Shown: in pieces, positions 1 to 9,761 of the stretch
How positions within the stretch are numbered: the first letter of the stretch is position 1
How the letters are laid out: each line of letters begins with the position of its first letter
NCBI GenBank assembly: GCA_035546575.1
Contig: DASZWN010000002.1
Span: forward strand, 32,681 to 96,680
Reading direction: 5' to 3'
DNA from: Minisyncoccota bacterium
Lineage (GTDB): Bacteria; Patescibacteriota; Minisyncoccia; Phycocordibacterales; SBAW01
DNA length: 64,000 nucleotides
Position numbers and translations under genes: made by a program
The notes under the pieces: model-generated
Database searches by the model: none
Seen by the model: the letters and a program-made list of their open reading frames with translations, nothing else
What the model was told of the DNA's origin: nothing

Positions 1-1296
1 GCCTACGTGGCGCGCGCAGCCCTCAATTTTTTTGCCGAGGTCGATAATGTCTCGCACCTCTTCCTCCTCTTTATACATAGCGGCGAGTGCCGCGTTCTCG
101 TTCAGCGCTCTATCGAGCGTCATCGCAAAACCTTGTGAGCCGAATGGGATTTCTTTAGCAATGCGGTCGCCTACACCGTACGCATAGCCCAGCGCGCGAG
201 CAACGTCGCGCACGACGCCGCGCGCGAGCATCGTACCGAACGTGCCTATCTGGGCCACGTGGTCGTCACCGTAGGTGCGGCGCGCGTACTCGATCACCTC
301 GTCGCGCCGGTTGTCGGCGTAGTCCATGTCGATGTCGGGAGCCGACGGGCGCTCCGGGTTGAGAAAGCGCTCGAAGGGGATTTTGTAGGTGAGTGGATTT
401 ACGTTGGTGATGCCGAGCGTGTAGGTGGTTAAGGAGCCTGCAACTGAGCCGCGTATGGTGGTGAGGATTTTATGCTCGCGCGCGAACCGAAGCAGGTCGG
501 CTACCACCAAGAAGTACGGCGCATACCCTTTGCCGGTAATAATGCTGTACTCGTACTCGATGCGCTCCCGCACTGCCGGATCGTCCTGCATGCCATTGCG
601 CTCGATGCCCGCCTCGATCAGCTTGCGCAGCTCGTCGTTGTAGGTAGAGTCCTTCGGGATCTTTATATCAGGGAACACCCACGAGCCGAGTGTTAACTCC
701 AAGTTGCAGCTCTCGGCTATTGAGAGCGTCGCTCCCAGCTGCTCTTTGGTAAAGCGATCTTCCATTTCAGCCTGGCCGGGGAAATAGCGCGAATCGTCCT
801 CGTCATCATTAATGTCGCCTCTCTCTTGCGGCGCGTTATTGCCGATGGCACACAAGGTCTCCCACGCGCGGCGGTCCTCGGGGTTAATATAGTAGATTTC
901 TGCCAGCGCGACCCCTTTTGTTTTTGGGTCGAGCGTAATGATGCCGGCGCCGTGCTCCTCTAGCATCTCTTTGGTAATAGTTGGATTGTCTGGGGTCTCG
1001 AGGTTCGACTTTGTCACAAGCGCGAGTAAATTTTTGTAGCCCACCTCATTTTGCGCGTACAGCAGCAGGCGTTTGCCGTCGCCGATATGTGCATCAAGCC
1101 CGATGATCGGTTTAATCCCTGCCGCTTTGCACTCTTTATAAAACTCGATAGCGCCATAGAGATTGCCGATGTCGGTGAGAGCCAAGGTTTTGAGGCCAAT
1201 CTCTTGCGCTCGTTTTACCAAATCGGGGATCTTTGGGAGTGCTCGCAAAAGAGAGTAGTGCGAGTGGACATGCAGGTGGGTAAAAGAAGCTTCCAT
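1..1296 (-). CDS. dnaE: DNA polymerase III alpha subunit, N-terminal part (runs off the left edge)
   Basis: Manual translation from ATG 1296: MEASFTHLHVHSHYSLL...ALTDIGNLYGAIEFY (PHP domain), later RGSVAGS and FERFLNPERPSAPDIDMD (catalytic region). Absent from the ORF track because it has no stop in the window. Confidence 0.96.
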   Translation of the reverse strand, partial: MEASFTHLHVHSHYSLLRALPKIPDLVKRAQEIGLKTLALTDIGNLYGAIEFYKECKAAGIKPIIGLDAHIGDGKRLLLYAQNEVGYKNLLALVTKSNLETPDNPTITKEMLEEHGAGIITLDPKTKGVALAEIYYINPEDRRAWETLCAIGNNAPQERGDINDDEDDSRYFPGQAEMEDRFTKEQLGATLSIAESCNLELTLGSWVFPDIKIPKDSTYNDELRKLIEAGIERNGMQDDPAVRERIEYEYSIITGKGYAPYFLVVADLLRFAREHKILTTIRGSVAGSLTTYTLGITNVNPLTYKIPFERFLNPERPSAPDIDMDYADNRRDEVIEYARRTYGDDHVAQIGTFGTMLARGVVRDVARALGYAYGVGDRIAKEIPFGSQGFAMTLDRALNENAALAAMYKEEEEVRDIIDLGKKIEGCARHVG

Positions 1297-1302
1297 AGAC
1301 CC

Positions 1303-1310
1303 AGTATACT
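1303..1310. promoter_or_regulatory. Palindromic AGTATACT giving a TATACT -10 element on both strands (dnaE and rnhB)
   Basis: TATACT is followed by exactly 6 nt and then ATG on each strand. Confidence 0.7.
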
Positions 1311-1316
1311 CTTTGT

Positions 1317-1931
1317 ATGGGTAGATTTCTTGTCGGGATAGACGAGGCAGGGCGCGGGCCGCTTGCGGGACCGGTGGCTGTGGGCGTCGTGGCCGCACCA
1401 CCGGGGTTTGATATGCGTGAGTTGAGCGGTGTGCGGGACAGCAAACAAATGAGCGAACTCGGGCGTGAGATCTGGTTTGAGAAGCTCCAGGTGCTTGAGC
1501 GCGAGGCGGGGCTCAGGTGGAGCGTGCAGTTCTCCTCTGCGTTATATATAGACACCTACGGCATCGTGCCAGCGATCAAGCGGGCGCTTGCGCGCGGCCT
1601 GCGCGCTCTTGAGGTACAGCCAGACCAATCCAAAGTCTTGCTCGACGGTTCGCTCAAAGCACCCAAAAAATTTCTATACCAACAAACAATTATCCGTGGT
1701 GACGCCACCGAGCCAATCATCAGCCTGGCAAGCGTTGCGGCAAAGGTAAAGCGCGACAGGCTCATGCGCCGCCTGGCGCTCAAGTATCCTGAATATGGTT
1801 TTGAGGTCCATAAAGGCTATGGCACCAAAAAACATCGCAATTTAATAAGGATTTTGGGCACCTGCGATATACACCGCCAGACTTTCTGTAAGCCTGCCTT
1901 GCCGGTAGGCAGGGTTGAAAAAACGAAATAG
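1317..1931 (+). CDS. rnhB: Ribonuclease HII
   Basis: GIDEAGRGPLAGP, DSK, DG, SLASVAAKVKRD and HKGYGT motifs. Confidence 0.97.
   Translation: MGRFLVGIDEAGRGPLAGPVAVGVVAAPPGFDMRELSGVRDSKQMSELGREIWFEKLQVLEREAGLRWSVQFSSALYIDTYGIVPAIKRALARGLRALEVQPDQSKVLLDGSLKAPKKFLYQQTIIRGDATEPIISLASVAAKVKRDRLMRRLALKYPEYGFEVHKGYGTKKHRNLIRILGTCDIHRQTFCKPALPVGRVEKTK
1892..1913. repeat. Short palindromic intragenic repeat, copy 1 (in rnhB 3' end)
   Basis: gcctgccttgccggtaggcagg, identical over 22 nt to 29716-29737. Confidence 0.8.
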
Positions 1932-1992
1932 AAGGAGTACTATTGATATCCGTAAGTTCTTGAGGCCCATAAAAAAGAATTGGGAGACAAGC

Positions 1993-2250
1993 ATGGCTTG
2001 GAAAACGGCGCCAGCTGAGGAATACTCTGGCGCGCGAGTGCTGAATATCATCAGCACGACACGGGAAGACGGGGAGAGATCCTTGGGTGAAAGTTTCTGC
2101 GCCTTGTACGGCACACCTCGCTGTAAACACAACGGCGTATGTCCGGAGCAAGGTTTCTGCAAAGACTTTTCCTTCAAGGCTCAAACCGTTCCCGATGCGG
2201 CAATCCTATTCCACGAAGATGCCGATCGACATCGATCAGTGGCAGCGTAA
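1993..2250 (+). CDS. Hypothetical small Cys-rich protein (85 aa)
   Basis: Fills the rnhB-rpmF gap; GGAG upstream of ATG 1993; four Cys; no recognisable family. Confidence 0.4.
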   Translation: MAWKTAPAEEYSGARVLNIISTTREDGERSLGESFCALYGTPRCKHNGVCPEQGFCKDFSFKAQTVPDAAILFHEDADRHRSVAA

Positions 2251-2338
2251 ACCTCGGGAGGAAGTTTTTGCCCCGCCTGGTGCCTAGTGCACAAGGCGGG
2301 GTTTGTCTTTTTTGCCCTTTGCTGGTATAGTCTTTTGC

Positions 2339-2575
2339 ATGGTTATTCGCATGAGACATACCCGGGCGCATACGGCAAACCGCCGCAGCCACCATGCCCT
2401 CAAGGCCCAACACCTCACTACGTGTGAGTGTGGCAATCCGCGTGTCTCTCATCGCGCATGCCCGGCATGCGGCCGCTATAATGGCCGTGTTGTCGTAGAT
2501 GTCGCCGGTAAGCTGGCAGCACGCCAGGCAAAGGCGGCAAAGAAGGAAGGAGCTAAGAGCGAGGCGCAGAAGTAG
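2339..2575 (+). CDS. rpmF: 50S ribosomal protein L32
   Basis: MVIRMRHTRAHTANRRSHHAL...CECG...HRACPACGRYNGR zinc-ribbon form; TATAGT ends 7 nt before the ATG. Confidence 0.92.
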   Translation: MVIRMRHTRAHTANRRSHHALKAQHLTTCECGNPRVSHRACPACGRYNGRVVVDVAGKLAARQAKAAKKEGAKSEAQK

Positions 2576-2641
2576 TCTGCCTTTCCCTCTTGGGTCTATC
2601 TAGTGGTTCGGTGCGAGTTTTCGGAAGCTCTTTTACACCAC

Positions 2642-3553
2642 ATGGCAAATAGGCACCTATCTCGCTCGGTTGTCCTCCAAACGCTCTTTGAGTGGGACAT
2701 ACGCAACTCCTCTCCTGAGGCGTGCGGGGAGGCGCTTGTGCGCAACGCTGCGGAATTTGCTCCGGCTGCAGGCGATTTGCCGTTTATGCAGGACTTGCTG
2801 CGCGGCACCCTTGAGCGCAAACAAGACCTCGACCTCGTTATTGAAAAGGCCGCTCCCGAGTGGCCGCTTGAGCGTATCGCTCCGGTCGACCGCAATGTAC
2901 TGCGCCTCGGCCTCTACGAGCTCTTGTTTTCTGACCGCGAAAAGGTTCCGGCAAAAGTCGCTATCAACGAGGCGATCGAGTTGGCAAAAAGCTTCGGTGG
3001 CGAAAATTCCGGACGGTTTGTAAACGGCGTATTAGGTGCTGTCTATAAAGAGCTTGGCGAGCCCGGTAAAGACGAAGTAAGCAAAAAGAAAAAGGAGGTC
3101 CCATACGAGGAGATGCCGCAAGAGCGTCTCGTTGGTGCGGTTGTCTATACCAGACAAGGCAAGGATATCTTTTTGGCCCTCGTACATGACATCTTTGGCC
3201 ACTGGACCTTATCTAAAGGTAAGCTCACTCCCGAGGAAACTCCCGAGGCCGGCGTGGTGCGCAAGATAAAAGAGGAGATCGGACTTGATGTCACGCCGGA
3301 GGTGCGGCTTGGCGAAAACGAGTATGTAGCTAGTGACCCGGCTGCCGGCAAAAAGCGCAAACATGTGATCTACTTTTTGGCGCAGTCGCCGTTTACCGAG
3401 GTGCAGCTCGCTAAAAAGGGCGGGCTCGACGACGCAAAGTGGTTTCGACTCCAAGACGCGCTCGAGCTTAACTTTTACGAAGACATGCTCCCTATAGTTA
3501 CAAAAGCAGTGCAGTCATTATCTATTACTAATTCGTCAGAAAAGAAGCGCTGA
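2642..3553 (+). CDS. nusB: NusB fused to a C-terminal Nudix domain
   Basis: NRHLSR...DRNVLRLGLYEL...VAINEAIELAKSFG..SGRFVNGVLG, then WTLSKGK...EETPEAGVVRKIKEEIGL (Nudix box-like). Confidence 0.93.
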   Translation: MANRHLSRSVVLQTLFEWDIRNSSPEACGEALVRNAAEFAPAAGDLPFMQDLLRGTLERKQDLDLVIEKAAPEWPLERIAPVDRNVLRLGLYELLFSDREKVPAKVAINEAIELAKSFGGENSGRFVNGVLGAVYKELGEPGKDEVSKKKKEVPYEEMPQERLVGAVVYTRQGKDIFLALVHDIFGHWTLSKGKLTPEETPEAGVVRKIKEEIGLDVTPEVRLGENEYVASDPAAGKKRKHVIYFLAQSPFTEVQLAKKGGLDDAKWFRLQDALELNFYEDMLPIVTKAVQSLSITNSSEKKR

Positions 3554-3554
3554 T

Positions 3555-4247
3555 ATGCAGAAAGATTTTAAAGCGTTCGCCGCATCGATAGGTATCACAT
3601 TCAATAATCTCAAGTTACTACGCCAGGCGTTTACGCATCGCTCGTATCTCAACGAGCACCGCTCCGAGACCGCCGAGCACAACGAGCGCCTCGAGTTTTT
3701 GGGCGACGCAGTGCTTGAGCTTATCGCAACGCACTTTCTGTTTGAGAAGTTTCCGACCCACAGCGAGGGCGATCTTACTGCATTCCGCGCGTCTCTTGTT
3801 AACGCGATTACGCTTGGCGAAGTCGCGGGGGAGATCGGCATGAACGACTACTTGCTCCTGAGCCGTGGCGAGAGCAAAGACCAGGGTCGCGCTCGCGTTA
3901 TCTTGCTTGCCAATGCAATCGAGGCACTTGTGGGTGCAATTTACTTGGACCAGGGCTATGATGCCGCAAAGGCATTTATAGAAAAGAATCTTTTCCCCAA
4001 GCTCGACAAAATTGTTGCCGACAAGTCATGGCGCGACTCCAAGTCGGTCCTCCAAGAGCGCGCGCAAGAGACAGAGGGGGCAACGCCATACTACTCGGTT
4101 ATCAATGAGACCGGCCCCGACCACGACAAACAGTTCGTGATTGGCGTGTACGTAAAAGACACGCTCTTGGCAAAAGGTACCGGCAAATCTAAACAAGAAG
4201 GCGAGCAAGACGCTGCCAAAAACGCGCTTGAAGCCAAGGGGTGGTAA
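3555..4247 (+). CDS. rnc: Ribonuclease III
   Basis: NERLEFLGDAVL signature plus dsRBD (GPDHDKQF...GKSKQEGEQDAA). Confidence 0.98.
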   Translation: MQKDFKAFAASIGITFNNLKLLRQAFTHRSYLNEHRSETAEHNERLEFLGDAVLELIATHFLFEKFPTHSEGDLTAFRASLVNAITLGEVAGEIGMNDYLLLSRGESKDQGRARVILLANAIEALVGAIYLDQGYDAAKAFIEKNLFPKLDKIVADKSWRDSKSVLQERAQETEGATPYYSVINETGPDHDKQFVIGVYVKDTLLAKGTGKSKQEGEQDAAKNALEAKGW

Positions 4248-4256
4248 AATACCCCT

Positions 4257-6515
4257 ATGCGTTTGAAGTCTATCGAGATATCGGGGTTTAAGTCTTTTGC
4301 CAAAAAGACGACACTTGAGTTTGCTTCCTCAATTACCGCGATTGTTGGGCCCAACGGATCGGGCAAGTCTAATACTGCCGAGAGCTTCCGCTTTGTGCTA
4401 GGCGAGCAGTCGATGAAGAGTATGCGGGGGCGCCGCGGCGAGGACATGATCTGGAATGGCTCGACTGCAGTGCCGCGCGCGGGCCGTGCGGGCGTAAAGC
4501 TCGTGTTCGACAACAGCGACCGTGCGCTCAGCCTCGATTTTGATGAAGTTGCTATCGAGCGCGTGGTATACCGCGACGGCGGAAACGATTATCTTTTAAA
4601 CGGCAGCCAGGTGCGCTTGCGTGACATTGCAGAGCTGCTTGCCCAGGCCAACATTGGCGCATCGGGTCATCACATCATTTCCCAAGGCGAAGCGGACCGT
4701 ATTCTTACTTCGAGCAGCCGCGAGCGCCGCGAGATGGTCGAGGACGCACTTGGCCTCACCGCCTATTTATATAAGAGAGAGGAGGCCGAACGAAAATTAG
4801 AGAAGACGGCCGAGAACATGCGCGAGGTAGAGGCGCTCCGGCGAGAACTCGTGCCGCATCTAAAGTTTTTGGCATCTCAAGTCAAAAAGATCGAGGAGGC
4901 GCAAACACTGCGCGACGACTTGGCACAAAAATATCTCGAGTACTTAAAACGCGAACATGTGTATCTGCGTGTTGCCGACGCCGAAGTAGGGCAAGAGGAA
5001 AGTGTGCCTAAGGCAGAGCGCGAGGAGTTGGAGTCGCGCATCGAGCACATACGCCGCGAGCTCGCCGGCAAGGGAAAAAAAGACGCGCAAACCCACGAGC
5101 TGATCGACTTGGAAGCGCAAGGCCGCGCAGCTTCCCAAAAGCGCGACAGCGCAGTGCGCGAGCTTGGCCGCATCGAGGGCGAGATCTCCGCGCATGAGCG
5201 CATTAAAGATACGCAGGAAGGCACGGTGTCGGCACGGGAGGCAAACACCTTTGCCGTGCGTGTACAAGAAGAGCTTGAGGTATTTTTGACGCTCGAGGGT
5301 AATAGCCTCAAGAGCCGCATTAATGCGCTGGTTGTACTTGCTAAAGAATTTCTGCGCCGCATCAGTGACAAAGCCAACCCTGCACATACCGATTTGGAGT
5401 CGCTTACAAAAAAACGCGCGCAGCTAGAAAGTGAGCTTAAAGAGCTTGCCGCAAAGGAGGAACAGATAACCAAAGAGGTTGCCGCGCTGCGCCGCAGCAT
5501 CGAGAGCGAAAAGGATGCATCGCGCGAGGCGGAGCGCGAGCTGTTTCAGGCCATGGCGCGCCGCAGCGAGCTGGAGAGCCAGCTGACCGCGTTTAAGGCG
5601 CGCCGCGATATTCTTGCTCGCGAGCGAGAGTCATTTAAGAGCGAGCTCGGAGAAGCAGGAGCGCTTATTGGTCGCGATGTGCTCGAGTACGAAGCGTATG
5701 TGGTGCGCGATGGCAATGACGAAGTAACCGAATCAGAAATGCTTGAGGAGCCGCGCACTAAGCAAGAAGAGAGGCGTCGCAAACTCGAGCGCATGAAGAT
5801 CAAGCTTGAGGAAATAGGCGCAGGCAACTCGGAAGAGGTCTTGAAGGAGCATAAAGAGACAACTGAGCGCGACCAGTTTTTGATGCGCGAGCTTGAGGAC
5901 CTTAGGTCCTCCTCAGAAAAGCTGCATCACCTTATTGATGAGCTCACCGCAACGCTTGAGACGCGTTTTACCGACGGCATCGACAAGATCAACCATGAGT
6001 TTGATACGTACTTTAAGCTGATGTTCGGCGGTGGCAGCGCTGCGCTCAATATCGTTAAAGAAAAGAAATTGCGCCGTGCTGCGGCGCTGGGCATGTTGGA
6101 TGATATGGAAGATGAAGCTGATAGTAGCGACGAAAAAGACGACAGCGGCGAGGAGGTTGAGGAGGGGATTGATATCTCGGTGAGCTTGCCGCACAAGCGT
6201 ATTAAAGGCCTGCATATGCTCTCCGGCGGCGAACGCGCGCTTACATCTATCGCGCTTATATTCGCAATGTCTCAGGTAAACCCTCCGCCATTTTTGATAC
6301 TCGACGAGACCGATGCTGCGCTCGATGAGGCCAACAGCCGCCGTTACGGCGACATGATCGAGAACCTCAGCCGCAAATCGCAGCTTATTTTGATCACCCA
6401 CAATCGAGAAACTATGAGCCGCGCTGGCATTCTCTACGGCGTTACGATGGGCTCAGACGGTGTTTCTAAACTTCTTTCAGTACAATTTGAAGATGCGGTA
6501 GCGGTAGCGAAATAG
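4257..6515 (+). CDS. smc: SMC-family chromosome segregation ATPase, short form (752 aa)
   Basis: GFKSF, Walker A GPNGSGKSN, Q-loop ISQG, coiled coils, LSGGE signature, Walker B LDETDAALD, ITH. Confidence 0.92.
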   Translation: MRLKSIEISGFKSFAKKTTLEFASSITAIVGPNGSGKSNTAESFRFVLGEQSMKSMRGRRGEDMIWNGSTAVPRAGRAGVKLVFDNSDRALSLDFDEVAIERVVYRDGGNDYLLNGSQVRLRDIAELLAQANIGASGHHIISQGEADRILTSSSRERREMVEDALGLTAYLYKREEAERKLEKTAENMREVEALRRELVPHLKFLASQVKKIEEAQTLRDDLAQKYLEYLKREHVYLRVADAEVGQEESVPKAEREELESRIEHIRRELAGKGKKDAQTHELIDLEAQGRAASQKRDSAVRELGRIEGEISAHERIKDTQEGTVSAREANTFAVRVQEELEVFLTLEGNSLKSRINALVVLAKEFLRRISDKANPAHTDLESLTKKRAQLESELKELAAKEEQITKEVAALRRSIESEKDASREAERELFQAMARRSELESQLTAFKARRDILARERESFKSELGEAGALIGRDVLEYEAYVVRDGNDEVTESEMLEEPRTKQEERRRKLERMKIKLEEIGAGNSEEVLKEHKETTERDQFLMRELEDLRSSSEKLHHLIDELTATLETRFTDGIDKINHEFDTYFKLMFGGGSAALNIVKEKKLRRAAALGMLDDMEDEADSSDEKDDSGEEVEEGIDISVSLPHKRIKGLHMLSGGERALTSIALIFAMSQVNPPPFLILDETDAALDEANSRRYGDMIENLSRKSQLILITHNRETMSRAGILYGVTMGSDGVSKLLSVQFEDAVAVAK

Positions 6516-6585
6516 GCTTGTTTTTGTTACAGTTAGGAGAATTCCGTATCTGAGCGGAAGTGCACATTCACGGAGGCGAACTTCA

Positions 6586-6783
6586 ATGGGAGTACCGGAC
6601 GAGACTGAACGCAGACTCGCATCCGAGCGGGTACGCGACGACCTGAATCGTCAGATCAAGGATCCTTTTCCTAATCAGAAATCGAAACAGCGTGTGACTC
6701 CAGGCAAGACGGATGAGGGTGCGGGTCTCAGCTCCCACTATCGTGATCCGTCGACCATGGACGGGAAGCTTCGCTGGGACTAA
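6586..6783 (+). CDS. Hypothetical protein (65 aa)
   Basis: Fills the smc-rnr gap; GGAGG upstream; no recognisable family. Confidence 0.4.
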   Translation: MGVPDETERRLASERVRDDLNRQIKDPFPNQKSKQRVTPGKTDEGAGLSSHYRDPSTMDGKLRWD

Positions 6784-8723
6784 GCCAATTCAAAATCGAG
6801 GGTGCGGGCTGAGAGGTCCGCACCTACAAGTTTCACCTTCACCTTGTCACCCAAGGTGAATTTCTTTTTTGTGCGCTGGCCAATCAGCGCGTACTCTTTT
6901 TGTGAGTAGTTATAAAAATCGTCGCCTATCGTACGCACGCGCACCAAACCCTCGGATGCCGATTCTTTTTCTTCGACATACAGACCCCAGTCGGTTACGC
7001 CGGATATAACGCCTTCAAATGTCTGGCCGATTTTGCCCTGCATAAATTCCACCTGCTTGTAGCGGATAGACTCGCGCTCGGCCTCTACGGCCTCGGCCTC
7101 GCGGGCGCTTGCGGCGATACACATCTTTTCCAGGTTGCCGAACTCGGCATGGGTGAGCGGCTTGCCGTTTAAATGGCTCGCAAGTATGCGGTGCGCGAGC
7201 ATGTCGGGGTAGCGGCGGATCGGCGAGGTAAAGTGCGTGTAGTACTCGAACGCAAGCCCAAAGTGGCCGATGTTCTTTGTCGAGTAGATGGCCTTGGCCA
7301 TTGAGCGCAGCGTTGCGGTGCGGATGAGATGCTGCTCGGGCTTGCCCTCGATGTCGTGCAACAGCTTTGCTATGTCACGCGCCGACTTCTTTTTCTTTGT
7401 ATTAAAGTCATAGCCAAGTGCGCGGACAAAAATCGAGAGCTCCTCGATCCGATCCTCCTTGGGCTGGTCGTGGATGCGGTAGAGGAATACATAATTCTTT
7501 TCCGGCAGCTTTTTAGCGAGTTCCGACACAAAAGAGGCCACCTCGCGGTTAGCGAGGAGCATAAACTCCTCGATCATGAGCATGGTTTCTATACGCGTTT
7601 TGCGCACCACCTTGAGCGGCTTACCGTCCTCATCGAGGATAAATTTGACCTCGTTATCGCCAAAGTCTATCGCACCCTCCTTCTCGCGCTGCTTCCGCAA
7701 TATGCGGGCGAGTGCGCGCATCTGGCCCAACTCCTCGACAAATGGTCCGCGCGCAGTATTCAAAACCTCCTGAGCCTCTTCGTAGGTAAATCGCTTTTGT
7801 GAGCGGATGATCGACTTCTCAAATCGGCGGGCAAGTACCTCGCCCCGCTCGTTCATGCGGAACACTGCGGAGAACGCAAGCCTGTCCTCGTCGGCCTTGA
7901 GGCTGCAGATATTGCTTGAGAGCTCGTGGGGGAGCATAGGGATTGTTGCGTCGACCAGGTACACCGAGGTGCCGCGGCGCTGCGCCTCGCCATCGATTGC
8001 GGTACCAGGGGAGCAGAAAAATGTTGCGTCGGCGATGTGTACACCGATCTCGTACTCGCCGTTGGCGAGGCTGACTACAGAGATAGCATCGTCAAAGTCT
8101 TTGGCGTCTGCCGGGTCGATCGTGAACGTGGGCGTACCGCGGAAGTCTGCGCGTTTCGCGGCTTCCTCCTCGATAATCTTTGCATGGTTGCGCTCAAACT
8201 CACCCGCCTCTGCGTCGACCGCTTCAGGAAAGTTTGTGTGGAAGCCATGTTCGAGCACAATTGCGTTCATCTCGACGCGATGCTCGCCCGCGCGGCCCAG
8301 ATGCTCGCTGATCGATCCGACCGGATCGCTTTTGCCGTCAAATGAAATAAGGCGCACTAAAACCTTTTCGCCCTCTTCATATCGGCTGCCGTCTTTGAGT
8401 TGTATCGGGCGATAAAATTTTATATCGTCTGCAATCGCGACAAGGCGCCCGTCTTTTGTTTTGAGAGTAGCTACAAATTCTTCTTTTGTGCGGCTCACGA
8501 TGCGTACTATTTTGCCTTTGGGGCGGGGGAATAGACCAGTAAGCTCTACCTCGACAGTGTCACCATTGAGCGCGCCACCCAAATCAATAGTGCTGATCTC
8601 GATATCTTCTTTTTCGCTATCATCTGGCCACGGCAAGTACCCCACGCCTTTGCGCGTTATCTGTATGATGCCGGACACGGCCTTTTTTGCCCCTCCTTTT
8701 GGGCTCGGTTTCTTAGGAGACAT
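6780..8723 (-). CDS. rnr: Ribonuclease R (RNB family)
   Basis: TIDPADAKDFDDA, HIAD, YTHFTSPIRRYPD and a C-terminal S1 domain. Confidence 0.96.
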   Translation of the reverse strand: MSPKKPSPKGGAKKAVSGIIQITRKGVGYLPWPDDSEKEDIEISTIDLGGALNGDTVEVELTGLFPRPKGKIVRIVSRTKEEFVATLKTKDGRLVAIADDIKFYRPIQLKDGSRYEEGEKVLVRLISFDGKSDPVGSISEHLGRAGEHRVEMNAIVLEHGFHTNFPEAVDAEAGEFERNHAKIIEEEAAKRADFRGTPTFTIDPADAKDFDDAISVVSLANGEYEIGVHIADATFFCSPGTAIDGEAQRRGTSVYLVDATIPMLPHELSSNICSLKADEDRLAFSAVFRMNERGEVLARRFEKSIIRSQKRFTYEEAQEVLNTARGPFVEELGQMRALARILRKQREKEGAIDFGDNEVKFILDEDGKPLKVVRKTRIETMLMIEEFMLLANREVASFVSELAKKLPEKNYVFLYRIHDQPKEDRIEELSIFVRALGYDFNTKKKKSARDIAKLLHDIEGKPEQHLIRTATLRSMAKAIYSTKNIGHFGLAFEYYTHFTSPIRRYPDMLAHRILASHLNGKPLTHAEFGNLEKMCIAASAREAEAVEAERESIRYKQVEFMQGKIGQTFEGVISGVTDWGLYVEEKESASEGLVRVRTIGDDFYNYSQKEYALIGQRTKKKFTLGDKVKVKLVGADLSARTLDFELA

Positions 8724-8837
8724 TAATACGTATATTATACCACAGTTGACCGCAGATATCTACTCTGCTATAGTAGAGCCCAAGCCCGTTCAGGGCCGTT
8801 TTTTTGAAGAAAAAACAAGATTCAATAAGATTACGAA

Positions 8838-9272
8838 ATGCTAACTATCCGACTACAACGCCGCGGCCGCACCAATGACCCATCTTTCCGGGTTATTTTG
8901 GTTGAGTCTAAGCGCGCTGCAAAGACCGGCAACTTCCAGGAGGTGCTTGGCTCGTACGACCCGCGCATTGACCGCACCGACCTTAAAGCAGACCGCATCA
9001 AGCACTGGCTCTCTATGGGCGCTACTGTTTCTGACACCGTACACAATATCCTCATTAACCAAAAAATTATCGAAGGTAAAAAGATAAACGTTCTACCAAA
9101 GAAGACCGTTGAGAAAAAGGAGGAGGAAAAAGCAGAAGCTCCAGCTGTTGAGGCAGCGCCAGCAGAAGCAGTAGCTGAGACAACTGAAGAAAAGGCAGAA
9201 GCAACATCTCCTGAAGCAAAAGCAGAAGAGCCTGTGAATACCGAGGTTGCTGAGGAAACTCCCGCACAGTAA
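8838..9272 (+). CDS. rpsP: 30S ribosomal protein S16 with acidic Ala/Glu-rich tail
   Basis: MLTIRLQRRGR...FRVIL...LGSYDP...HWLSMGATVSDTV. Confidence 0.96.
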   Translation: MLTIRLQRRGRTNDPSFRVILVESKRAAKTGNFQEVLGSYDPRIDRTDLKADRIKHWLSMGATVSDTVHNILINQKIIEGKKINVLPKKTVEKKEEEKAEAPAVEAAPAEAVAETTEEKAEATSPEAKAEEPVNTEVAEETPAQ

Positions 9273-9318
9273 AATTACGCAAGGCTAGAAGCCTTTAATA
9301 AAATAAAATATACCGACC

Positions 9319-9687
9319 ATGGCAGAGCGAGATCAGGAATTTTTGGAGTTTGTTGTAAAGGGTCTTGTTGAAAATCCGGACGCAGTAAAAATCGGCCGCT
9401 CGGTCGACGAAATGGGTGTTTTGCTCACCCTCGATCTCCACCCAGACGACATGGGTAAGGTGATCGGCCGCTCCGGCAACACCGCTAAGGCGATCCGCAC
9501 GCTTCTGCGCGTAGTTGGCATGAAGCATAATGCTCGTGTAAATCTAAAGATCAACGAGCCTGCAGGTGGTATGCGCAATCAGGACTCTGGCGGCAGTGCG
9601 GCCCAAGGTTGGGACGGCAGCCACGAGACGCCGGCAACTCCAGCGATGAGGTCGGTAGACGAAGCGATGGACGACCTGAGACTCTAG
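9319..9687 (+). CDS. khpA: KH-domain RNA-binding protein (KhpA/YlqC family)
   Basis: DMGKVIGRSGNTAKAIRTLL; conserved position after rpsP. Confidence 0.9.
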   Translation: MAERDQEFLEFVVKGLVENPDAVKIGRSVDEMGVLLTLDLHPDDMGKVIGRSGNTAKAIRTLLRVVGMKHNARVNLKINEPAGGMRNQDSGGSAAQGWDGSHETPATPAMRSVDEAMDDLRL

Positions 9688-9704
9688 ATTTAAAAAATAC
9701 TTCC

Positions 9705-9730
9705 AAAAGCCGCTCTCAAGAGCGGCTTTT
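9705..9730 (+). terminator. Intrinsic terminator after khpA
   Basis: aaaagccgctct-ca-agagcggctttt hairpin with U-tract. Confidence 0.75.
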
Positions 9731-9761
9731 GCTTTTACAGGATTCGCTATACGATAGTGCT

